64,000 nucleotides of DNA from Balanoglossus misakiensis. Its lineage: Eukaryota; Animalia; Hemichordata. Each line of letters begins with the position of its first letter. Position 1 is the stretch's first letter. This document shows positions 30,101 to 42,000 of the stretch, one piece after another. A model generated the notes under the pieces. It had not been told where the DNA came from, did not search any database, and was given only the letters and a program-made list of their open reading frames with translations. The stretch spans positions 2,844,345-2,908,344 of the forward strand of contig CM082579.2 in NCBI GenBank assembly GCA_040954595.2, read 5' to 3'. The position numbers and the translations under genes were made by a program.

Positions 30101-31555
30101 TGAAACTCACCCTTCAACTAGTCTGTCCTGTACGCCATAATTCCCTCGGACTGGGGCGATGACAGTCTCTCCTTTCCTCTCAGCAAAGATGGATGGATAC
30201 CCTAGACTCTGTGGGAAAAAAAACAAAACAGATAATAACGTAATTAACACTAAAAGTTGTTGTCTTGGTTCCCCAAGGTGTCAGCTGCTGATGACTGATA
30301 TCAGTGGAATTGAAACTGTTCACTCTACCAGATAATGAGTCGTTAATTAAAAAAGCAGATAATATGACAGTGCTGGTAACACTATGCAAATAATAGTCTG
30401 GATCCTGACTTAGGATCCGGGAAGACACTGCCAAGTGTAGATAACTTCCGGGGACAAGTCACGATGTTCATTTTAACGGCCGAAACCACATGCTAGTTTA
30501 TTATCAATGTTTCCAAGCCTGTTTACCGGTAAACATGCCCACCCACACAAGTGGAGTGGAGTGGATACCAAGACTTTATATGCAGGTAAAAGGATGGGGG
30601 TGACAGAGTTGGTGCATCTACAAATCACTTCTCCTTTTCTTGCTATTTTCAATAATGCAAGAAAGAACATGCCACATCTAATGATCTTCTTACATGCAGT
30701 AACCAGACAGAGTGAATTCCTCGGATTAACCTTGAAATGAATGAGGACAAACTAAAACAACAGCTGACAGACTTGGCAAGACGCCAGACTCGGGGGTAAC
30801 TGAATCCACGCGGCGGCACGACTGCAGTCCGCCCCAGCTGTCCATCATCATGGCATGCTGCGTGCATATTAGAAATCATGCTAGGTGCATGGATATCCAG
30901 TTGCATGCTTAGGTAACATGTCCTTGTGTATGGTAAGCAAAGTAAGTGGTTGTAAAATTGTGCATCAAACTGAGCCATCTAATGACTCTCCTCCAACCGC
31001 GAGCTGACGAAATAGTCGATCGCATATGAAAAATTAATCTAGAACCTGGCCATGGCTGTGAAGTAATCCTCTCTCTGGGGGTTAGAGTTGGTTTGTGTCC
31101 ACACTTGCTCATTTAAAGCCAAGTGTCTGGACATTCTACAGTGAGCTTTTGAAAGAAAGACTTGTAAACATCCCAGCCAACGTGGGAATATTTCTTTATG
31201 TATGTTGTCTAGCAAATACTCGCCCATGCCATTTACAGAAGCACTTGTAGAAAAGTTTAGACGTAGACAGAAGAGATCGGTTGGTCATCTAGTCATGAAT
31301 AACAAAGTCATACACATGTACCGGTACAAAACTGCCCAGTCATTGCAAATTGCATCTATCTACCTACAACACAGACGCATTCGATTCGTGCAAAATGGTA
31401 TCATAAAGCAGATTTCAGGGTGGAAAACTTGCAGTGCGATCTACTGATTCATTACGAATTATAAGTCAAGCTGATCTACCAAGTGGTACAAAGGAAACCA
31501 AGCCATTGCATCCAATTTTCATCGAATGCTCCATAAAAACAGTACTACCTACCAT
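27150..31555 (-). CDS. POMP: Proteasome maturation protein (UMP1 family), 141 aa, 6 exons
   Basis: complement join 31553-31555 (ATG only, caacATG|gtaggt), 30111-30208, 27851-27911, 27600-27701, 27344-27437, 27150-27217 = 426 nt with consistent phases. Protein MSLGYPSIF..GNYGVQDRLVEG..AHPLEHSEKNF..MLRNTQGLYAPLRLQME..QMQRLPCIPSSNLALDVLTGRADTIEYEDVLN..SEVMGDIHILMEKKQGII* has the UMP1 motifs (HPLE, G.APL.L.ME, LDVL.G). Mostly missed by the ORF track. Exon 1 is the least certain. Confidence 0.93.
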
Positions 31556-31569
31556 GTTGAAGAAGTATA

Positions 31570-31625
31570 CTACGCATGCGCCCGGACTGAAATTTCCCAC
31601 AATTCTTCTATCACTTCCGTGTGAC
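31570..31625 (-). promoter_or_regulatory. Putative POMP promoter with housekeeping-type motifs
   Basis: Just upstream of the ATG exon: acgcatgcgc (NRF1-like), ttcccacaattc (ZNF143/SBS-like) and cacttccg (ETS/GABPA). Confidence 0.5.
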
Positions 31626-33319
31626 CCGTGTTCAGAGAAACTTTCACTTTGCTGAAACTATGACAACGAAATGAAGAACAAACAAATTTAAGTTGATTTA
31701 ACACTGATAAACGTATTCCTTCAGAAATAAAGCACATTTTTCATAAGCAGAATGTAAGAGAGGAATATATGTGACCAGGAAGCTACTACACTGGCTATAA
31801 TGTGCGCTTTTCCCCCTGAGATCAAGCAAACTTTTTCTTCAGAAAACTAAAAGTTGTAATCTACACAATGTATTCCGTGTATATTGGCACGGTGCCAACC
31901 CCAGAGGACGCCCCAGCTGATGGTGTCTGAGCGGTATAATGCGTTAAAAGCCAACGTAGAGGTACCCACTCCGAGCTCTGCTACCGTCTCCATGTGGCTC
32001 TGATAGCAGAAGCCTGATATCGTATTACACGCTATGTCTGTAAAGACGCGTAACGCTTGTTCAGGGTTCAGGCCGAGTGAAACGATAAAATAAACGCGTG
32101 GAATACGCTTATCAGTTACTTTGTTGTGTGTCGTCGACCCATAAATGCAGTGCGGACCCACACGACCCCTTTCTCCCAATTTTACTCGGACAAACAAAAC
32201 AAAAACGACGCCAACACGAGGTGGAAGATGCATGTCATGCAGACCGCAGCACATGCGCGGCATACATTTGTCTTTCACGGTGGGGAAATCAGGCAAATGT
32301 CAGTAGCATTTGTTTTTGCCGCTGTTGGTCGGGTAGAATACTTTATAGGTGACTTTATAGTCGGTTCAATCGGATTAAAAAAGAATTTGTAACGCCGAAG
32401 TTGCAAGTGCAGCCCTGTTATAAATTCCCGGAGCGAAAGAAGAAGGGGGTGGAAAGTTGTTCAATTTTATTCTCGCACGGCCCGACCGTGATTCTAATTA
32501 CGTCCATGGTTGAGTAGCAATATTTTATCCCCTCAACAATGTCTTGACCTATTAACCAAGACAGCCGTTTATGGACATATCACTCAACTGTGAAAATACT
32601 TGCCACTGTCATGTCCGTACTCATCATTACAATTTCTCCGTAATAAGGATGCCATAGGACCACTAGTTTGGGGAAACCCCACTTGTCACTAGTCAAGTGG
32701 AAACGTAACTTTTAAAAAATCACCCCGGGTAACGGAAGTTATGTTTAGAGGTTAATGACCGTATATTTCAACAGGTAGGCCGGTTCGTTTGTGGATACCG
32801 TGCCCGGATGGTGTTACACTTCACACATAATCAAATGATACTGTTATCAAAAAATTTCAAGTTCACTGCTCGTGTGTAAACAAATCCACATACAGCGCAA
32901 GTAATATCCAAACAAATGATCAACCAATTCTTCAACTGAGTTCACTGGCTTGGTAAAACAAACAACGTTAATTGACATGCTAAATAAAATTCAGACTGCA
33001 TTTTATCAAACCGCAAAGGACACGCCATGCAATTTTACTATACTCGCAACGATTGCACTTGCTCAGTGATATAAAGTTGCCCACCAAGTTTTGCCAAAAC
33101 CATAGAGCGCAAAACCTGGAGCGTCGATTCGTGCGCGTTACACACGCAGCCTGCATACGTTAAAACTATTCAGCAACAGCGTCTGGTCACGGGAAATATT
33201 ACGCAACTTTTAATGATCTCCTTGATTTTTTTCTCGAAAGTGTGCGTGTACATAAAAGTACTGGTTAACAAACCAAATATCTGCCTCGAGTCAAACACAG
33301 GAGTCTGTCCCGCTGTGTA

Positions 33320-33880
33320 AAATCATTCATGTGACGTCACAGTAGAAGTTCCGCTATCCATCAAAAGGGCCCCGCCCTCTTTGCTGTTCCATGATACGGA
33401 GAGACATTCCTAGTGGGTTAATGTTTGGCTTAAATGTTGATGTTCTAACATAGATAGTTTCCATAGAAACGTACGACAAAATACAATTTCATTGTATATC
33501 ACGGTTTAAAAATCAATACCCAAATAGGCGCTATTTCTATAAGATATCTATCATCAATAACCTGAGAAATTTCGTGGTTTTGTGACGTGGGAAACGTTAT
33601 TAGGTGGGGGTGACCGTTATCATTTGTAACAGCTGACATAACTTTACGTACATACTAATGCGGGGGTTTACCGATATGTACAAGTTGTTTGGGAAGGCGG
33701 ACTCATTGATCAGTTTGCGAGTCCAGTTGAAAGCGTGAAAGAACAGCATCATTACTGCCTTGACCAGATGATCTTCAGTTTGTTTGGCCATAGTGCGAAC
33801 TTTTAGTGTTTCGATCGACTCTCAATCTGTCCCTTTCGCCGATCTCTGGAACGTCTACAGTCCACAAGATGGCGGAAGTG
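33320..33880 (+). promoter_or_regulatory. Putative proximal VEGFR promoter within a CpG-rich region shared divergently with POMP
   Basis: Perfect CRE palindrome gtgacgtcac 33331-33340, GC box ccccgccc 33370-33377, X-box gtttccatagaaac 33457-33470, and aagATGGCGGAAGTG (YY1 plus ETS) at the start codon. CpG is visibly enriched from about 31.5 to 34.7 kb. Confidence 0.45.
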
Positions 33881-35968
33881 ATATCATCGGAGAGGTATTG
33901 CCGAATATTCGCCGTGTTATCTGTCTTAATTTTATCAGTCTTTACATTTTCGTCGGGTAAGTGGTATCCAGTTATTCATACCAGAATTTCCGCTAACGAT
34001 TTAACACTCCTTATGCAGGTACTCCCTAAAACACACGCTTACACTTTACGCTATCGGTGCGTCTTACGGTTGCGTACGTACGTAGCAGTGTCATACGTGT
34101 GTATTTACATGCCAGAAGTTTTACATGTCAATATATGGGCAACAGTGTGATAAAGGGGGTGCGGCCACCGCAATATGCGTCTTTCTCTGTAGAGCCGACC
34201 TACATTGACAAAATTCGCGATGGATTGTTAGCGCTTGTCTTCTTTTTCAAATATTTGGTGGTTGTTCTGGTCAATTTATGGAAAAGTTTTTTGGTGATAA
34301 TAACGTGCGACCATGCATACTTGCATCATTCTATGTCTGTATATCTTTCATCACTACATCAGCAGTGTTCATATGTTGAGTTGACCTCTCTTATAGACAG
34401 CGACGAAAATATGCAACTGTCAAGCTGTTCGAATACTAGTAATAGTGTCCAATTTTAAAGTCTTGTGCACAGTTGAGGCGGGACCGCATCATGATCTGGC
34501 AAAGCGGAAAAACCAGCGCTGGCGGGTGGAAGTGATGGAGACGCGCTCTTCGCTTCGCAGGGGGTCCGTCGTTGGCTTGGACACGCAATCGCATCATTGC
34601 GCATCGCGCTCTTCCAGGAAAAAAGCAGTAACTCTAATCAATGCAGTGTGTAGGGACATTGCGGTGAAACATGCCGGCTTGGCGTAATCGAATATGCCCA
34701 GTTGGACAAACAGCATCGTGCATCGCACTACTTGACAGGAAAGTTTTCCGCATAAATAAATATAAAACAGCATGGCTTGGTTATGGAAGATGAAAACAGA
34801 AGTGTTCATTTCAGCTCAACCAAAACAGTTGAATGCTATGAAACTTACAACAAGCAGTCTATTAATTATTTTAACATGCCAACACCAGAAAACATAGAAC
34901 TGTTTTTCCTCAGAAAGATCAAGAATGAAACTGCCCCATCCCAGTGCTCCATGCAATTCAATTGTTGTACATGTAGTTACCAAATGTTGTCCAGATATTG
35001 GACACTGACCTGAGTGGAATTTTACCAGGGTCTGCAGCCAAAGCAACTGTGGGACATCTCATTTATTTACATAGTCTTATTGGCCTGAGACACCCATCCA
35101 AGATAATAGATATTACTGTTTACAAAATAGAATTACCAGGGAATTAGATATACTATGGTAATTGATCTATAAATGTTACCTTGGGAGTAAGAATGAAAAA
35201 CATAGGCAGGTTCTATGCAAGGAAATGCCACCCCTCACTCTTCCTGTACTGATAATAAATCTCTTGAGAGCTATAAACAATTGCTGCCCCCTTCAAACAT
35301 ATGAAAAATCGATTCACATTAATTTCCAGTATAATATCTATATATCAAAATTGTGATGCAAATTCTTCTAATTTTTTTAAACGAGAAAAATTATCATAAT
35401 TGGCCAGACAGAATCTTTGCCTGTTTACAGCAGCTGACATTCAGCATTTATATCAGTGTAATGCTTGGGGGATATCAGTTTCCTGAGTTGTTATGCCCAC
35501 AGTGAATAAAACATTTTTCTGATAGTGGAAATAAATCAGACCTTTGATAAACTTTCACATACTTGGCGAGGTCACCTTGGGTTATAGTTGAGAGTTTGTG
35601 TGTTATCTGGTACAGTCTGAGTATTAACTGTTGCGGCTCCCCTTTACAGTGTTTGAAGTTAAGAAAAAAAATGCAAAGTTAAAAATACATGTATGTCCGC
35701 CGTGACAGCTATTTCTGAAATGTGCTAGTCAGTTTGGAAACAGGCAGACTGTTTATATAAAATAAAAGTACAATCTGAACTTGTTTGACAAACATGCGTG
35801 TATTGCGATAACCCTGGCTACTGGGGGAAAAAACATAGCCAGGAATGTTTCTGATAAGGCAATGTATTTTTATTTCATTAGTGGTTGCAGCAGCTGTATC
35901 GCTGATTTTCCCTGTATTTTTGTGATATTGTCCTCTTGACAAGAAATGGTGAAATTCATCAAAGTACG

Positions 35969-36003
<35 letters not shown>

Positions 36004-39000
36004 CCATCATCACCATCACCATCACCATCATCATCATCATCATCATCACCATCATCATCACCATCATCATCATCATCTCGACCTTCATCATTATCTGGAA
36101 AGTGTCATGAAATTTTATATTCTCACGGAGGTTAGAAAAAATCCAGTTCCCAGACTGGTGGGATTACTGTTATTCAATAACAACTGCAGGTCTGCTTATG
36201 TAATGTTGATGATGTCTCTGCTTATATACTGTCTCTTTGGTGTTTCTTTAGATTTGTACACCCCAGGCTGTGTGCATTGCAGTTTTCCTCCATTGTTCTG
36301 TGTGAGGTCGTTGCCCCCTGTTCTCCGAACTCCAGATATGCCTCTTAACAAAAGAGTTATGTCAAGTTTCTGGAAATATTGGGCAGTTCAGATTTCTTTT
36401 TATTTATGGTCATGAATTAGTTAGTCATGTCTTTGTGAAGGTTAGTTCTCTTTGTCACGACTCGCCGAACAAAGGAAGGAAGCCCTTGACTCAAAGGGAC
36501 TGGCTCCCTGTAACTGGACCACTGCAACAGGAAAGCGATCTGCGTATCTTTCAGGACCAGAGGCTTGTCTATTTATACACTGTTCGTACATTGTACTTGG
36601 ATCGACGGGAAGTGGCTGTATTCCCAGTCACACTACATAAGTTTTTCTCGGAAATTCTGCTTGGGTGAGATTGGCTTCAAGAGGTGGAAATGAGTGTTTA
36701 CTGTGTTGGGACAATTGTTTGTGTTGATAACAATCAGCTGAAGTTGTTCCCCAGGGACCACTGCTTTTGCCCTCTAGTGTGAGATCGTGGGTGAATCTTA
36801 CTTTTCTCTGTAGAAATCCAAAGACAGAGGGATCAAACCAAACTCTAATGGTGAAAAGGGTTTGATCGTGAGATAATGATCTTCCTGATGGTGGTTCCAG
36901 GAATTGGCCAGCTTTGCACATGGCGAATGATGTGCTGCAGTGGTCATCATGATCATAACCAAATATGGCATATGTGCTATTAGTCCAGTGCTCATCCGAC
37001 ACCATGAGATTTCTATTTCTGAAACTTTTCATAGCCTTCCTGATGATGCCACCATCCTCTTTCTGTGGTAATATGTTGTCAGTTCAATCACCGTGGTTTA
37101 GTATATCTGAACTGGCATTCCCTGTCCTCAGTACACTCCTCAATAAATTTTGTATGTGAATTTAACGACAGTTTTCAGTTTGGTTAAAATTCAACATGCT
37201 GTCAGTCAGGCATAAGTGATCAGTACTTCACAGGTTTGGATTATTTGTTGGCCAGGGTATTGAAAAAAGGGAAAAAAACAGATGGAGTAATTGAATGGCT
37301 GGCTTGATGAAAAAAAGGTTTTAAAATCTTGGAATCTTGGAAAATACCAAAAGTGAGTGCCTTTTAAGCACACGTGCATGCCAACAGGCACTTCCTCCTT
37401 CTCGGAATTCAAGTTAGCGTCGCGTCGGTTCTTATTGTCCCGATTGGCTAGATAAACACCTCGATTGACATCTCTGAAAAGACTTCCGAAAGCGTGGCGC
37501 ATAAGCGGGATTACTCGGCCAAATAAATGGGTAGTCGTTATCTACACCCAAAACAGCTGTGGTCTCATGTCCTCACGTTCGGGGAGGATCTGCATCGCTT
37601 GACCGCAAAAAGAGGAAGTTTATCAGTTTTTTTTAGCCATTTCATTTGTGAGTTACAGTACTGTATAATTAAACTAAGTGTGTGCTGGGTGACCTTTGCC
37701 ATGTTTCACTTGGAGCACATTGTGACAGGCGGGTTAAAGTGGTCATGAAGCCAATTGTCCATTTCCGGAGTGAAACCCCTGAAAGCAAGCTGCGTGGCGA
37801 CCTCTTGTGCCCTCTCAGATCTGCAGAAGAACATGACAACAATACAAACAGGGCCAGAGTGTGTTGCCTTCACGAACCTGGTAGAATTTCCGGAACTAAG
37901 ACAGCCATTCCATTATTTATACACATGTTTTTATCATTCTTAGGGGGTGAATATCGCGTGATGTTTTTCTCACGCTCACCGTCAGAAACCTTCCCAGAAA
38001 GCCATCATTCAAAAATCGAGTGAATGATTGGCCACGGAAAATGCAGTAACATGTTACAGTTCTTGCAAATGAACTCGCCAGACTTGACGTATGTTGTAAC
38101 CTTGCATCAATACTTCTGTCTTTCCAGGTTCCTCTGTCCACCATGGTGTGCCCCAGCTCAGTATCACCGAACCCCAGACATCAGTCCAAAAAGGAGACCA
38201 ACTTCAGATAACTTGTAAATGCAACACCGAAGTCCAGTGGGACTATCCCCAGCACGAGTTTAACAACATCAATCTGCGACTCGTGGTTGCGACAACAGAG
38301 AAAACGAACGTTGATGGCGAAAAGGACTACACCAGTGTTCTCACAGTTGAAAACACAACATACCTGGACACGGGAATTTACCGGTGTCGAGTGAAGATGT
38401 CACGAGAATTAACAAACAATCAGACAGCTGCCAGTGTCTATGTTTTTGTAAACAGTGATGGCAAGTTGATATTTTAACTTTTTATGGCAGTACATGGGAA
38501 GTATCATCATACTATTCATATGATGGCACTTTCTCTAGAAACTATTTTTATGTTTTACTTCACTTCACTTTTTACATTGGTGCAAATTTGTCTTTGTGGA
38601 CTCCTAGAAAAGAAGTGAAGATTTGAAACTGCCAGCGGTTGTTCACACAACTGCATTTGATTTATACAAAACAATCACCTGTTCTTGAAATTTGCTTTTC
38701 TGTCCAAATTATCCCCCAAAGTATATGCAAGTTTAAGATAGAGTGAAGGTGCAAGTAAACTGAGACTCAGCCTACTTGTTTCTGAAGGACACTATTTTGT
38801 TCAATTTGCAGAGAGTGAAGAACTCATGATACCAGCAGAGAAAATATCCTTCAAGATGTATGCCACGTGGTCGTTCACCATCCCCTGCCGGGTCACAAAT
38901 CCAGCCGCCAGTGTCACACTGAAGAAAGGCGCCAACAGAATTCCTACTGACGGAGAAACGGTGCGATACGACCCTACCAGGGGGTTCATTATCAAAGAAG

Positions 39001-42000
39001 GCGATCCTGAATATACAGGAATGATTACGTGTATCGCCAGATTAGACGACCAAGTGAAACGATTATCTTACATTCTCTTCTATGAAGGTAAATATACCAA
39101 ACCCAGGAAACCTTATTTTGTTTAATGCCTATGATGTCTATTTTACATACATGTACATGTAACCCAATGCATATGTTCCACTAACAGTAACAGTTGACCT
39201 TACATGATTTTTTCCCATTCCCAGCAAATGCACCGAAGCCACAGCCGACTATCCGGAGCAGCAAAGCAGAATCCGTTGTCGGAGAACACTTCCGGGTGAC
39301 CTGCACAGTGGATGCCCCTCTGAGTGTGACTATGAGCTTCGTGTGGACTTATCCAGGTCAAAATGGAGCAGTAAGTTTGTCCAACTTTTATGTCTGCACT
39401 TGAAAAGTTCACACTTTCATCAGATACAACATGAAAGTACAGGAAACTTGTGAAATAAGTTCTGCTTGGGAGGTAGTGGGCCTTACTTGCCCCCTCTCTG
39501 TCTCCCCCTCCCTACCCACCCCCTCCTCTCTCTCTCTGTTGTTGACAGAGCTTCCTTCAGAGAGATAATGGCAAAAATAATTTCTTCACTAACCTCTATC
39601 TCCATTGATTTTTCAGTCAAACAGCACAGTTGAAATCGAAAATGATTCACAAATCATCAACGAGCCAACAAAAACTTACAGAAGATTTTTATCTGAATTG
39701 AAAGTCAGTGGTTCAACTCTAGCTGATATGGGGTACTACTACTGCAATGCTTCAAACTACATTGGTAGTAATAAAGTTTCCACTTATGTTCAAATATTAG
39801 GTAAGAGAAATGTTTATTTATTTTACAGAAGTTTTAAATGTGGCATTATATCAGATATTTCCAAGCAGAGTTGAAACTATGTTTCAAACTATTTTGAGTA
39901 TCTGGTCTGTCTCCTCTGATTTTGTCCAACACAACATTCTACTTCAAAAGTAAAGTTATGAAGAAATTGTTGATCAGGAAAAATACCATGATGATTGGTC
40001 ATTTAGATTTTCAGTGCCATCAGAATTTGACCATGTTTGGTGAAAAAAAAATCATGAAAATGTCATGTTTTTCTTTTGCAGAAACCGGCTACCTTGAGGT
40101 CACCCCGCTCAAGAACCAGTATGTCATTGAAGCTCCAATAAACAGTGAAGCCAAGGTGGTGTTTGATGTGAGGTCATACCCCAAGTCCAACTTCATGTGG
40201 TACAAGGATGGTGACCCCATCTACTCACGAAATTCCAGCTTTGCGATCCGTAAGAAGGACAACCAGAGGCGTTTAGTGATTATTGATGTCACTCTGGAAC
40301 ACGAAGGAAACTACACGCTGGTTGGCTTGAATGAATACATGTCAGAACCAGTTGAAGCTACAATACAGCTCATAGTCACCGGTAAGTTTTTTATTTGTCA
40401 GGTTTTTTGCACTCTACTATGGTAAAAACATGTCAAGTTGTTTTTAGTGTAAACTGTTAAGTGCTGATGGTAACAATCTGTTTTTTTACCCCAAAAACTG
40501 CTCAAACTTGGTCATGAATTTTTTCAACAGTTCCCCCTGAAATCAGCATACAGCAAAACCCTGTGCCATCGCGAACCAATCCACCACTTTACCTGTCAAA
40601 AGAAAGGTACACTTTGGACTGCGATGTCAGCGGCAAGCCCCTACCGTCGGTCACGTGGCTATGGCAACCGTGCAGCGACTTAGACGAGTGCAAGAAATCC
40701 TTCTCCAACAGCAACCAGTGGAGCCCCGTCCCGACCCCGGACATGGACGCTGCTCCGGGATTTCACTATCTGGACAACACAAAATCCGGGAGAAGCAGCC
40801 TGTACATCACTGCTGCCGTACAGCCGGGATGGTATCGGTGCATTGCTTCATCCTCGGCATTTTCTGAGAATGCCACACAAGATATAGAGTTCAAACTGAC
40901 AGGTGAGGAAATAGTACCTCTTGCTGAGCTTTATTTGAAACAAGGAAAGGACAGTGTTCACCTTTCTGCTTTACGAAGTAATTTCACAACAGAAAATAAA
41001 TTAAGTGTGCAACATTTCAGTTTTAACCTGTGTAGAGGTCCAACTTTGAAAACATTTGCTTTGGACCAAAAGATGGCGGGGAGATTGTTTATTAAATATG
41101 TTACGGTAATTTTTTTCAAATCGAAGACTGCATGTACACTCAGTTTTTCTTGGTTTATATTTTACCTTTTCAGATGTCAAGGATGGCCTCAGCATCTCTG
41201 CTGATCCGCCATCAGCCATCGAGACATTGCCTGTCAACATCACGTGCCAAGCCAATAAATATGCATATAGAAACATCAGGTGGGGCCAAAAGGGTGCTGA
41301 AAATCTCACGTTTGATAGTCCGCAAGATTTGACAAGCTCCAACATGCAGATCCATGAATTTACAACGGAATATTCCCATGTGTCTGTGCTCAGCATACTG
41401 GCATCTCAGCAAAGTGATGCCGGCACTTACCACTGTACCATTACCAACAGAAGGAAAGACACTCACGACCCAGAGACAACATCGGTGACATATGACCTTC
41501 AGGTCAATGGTAAGTGAAGGGTTATACTTGGTATGTCAGTAGATGTAAAATAAAACAATAGTGTGGTTCGTTTTAGTATGCAATGATATTCTTGGAGTTG
41601 CATGAGAAGAATGTAGTCTTTTTCATGAAAAATTGAGACGTTTGATAATTTTTTTTCCAGTGGTGAGAAGACCATCCATCTTGAGGGTTCTGAGACCAGT
41701 GAGGCTTCTGGCCAGCAAGGGAACATTTGAGTTGAGATGTGCAGCGTCCGGCATCCCTGGACCGGCGATAACTTGGCACAAGGATGGACATGTGATCGAA
41801 AACAACGATGTGAGTGAGGTGCAGGGGGACACAGTGATGTCGACGCTGACGGTGAGAAGGATAACGATGTTCGATACTGGCGTCTACGCTTGCAGGGCAG
41901 AGAATCAGGGAGGGCGCGTGAACACCAGTGCCTTCGTTGAAGTATATGGTAAGTCTGTTTTGAGGTTGTCTGTCTTGATGGAAAATACTGGTATAGTGTG

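Noticed and set aside
31847-32392. 149-aa and overlapping ORFs between POMP and VEGFR
   Set aside because: CpG-rich intergenic or promoter sequence with no recognisable protein features.
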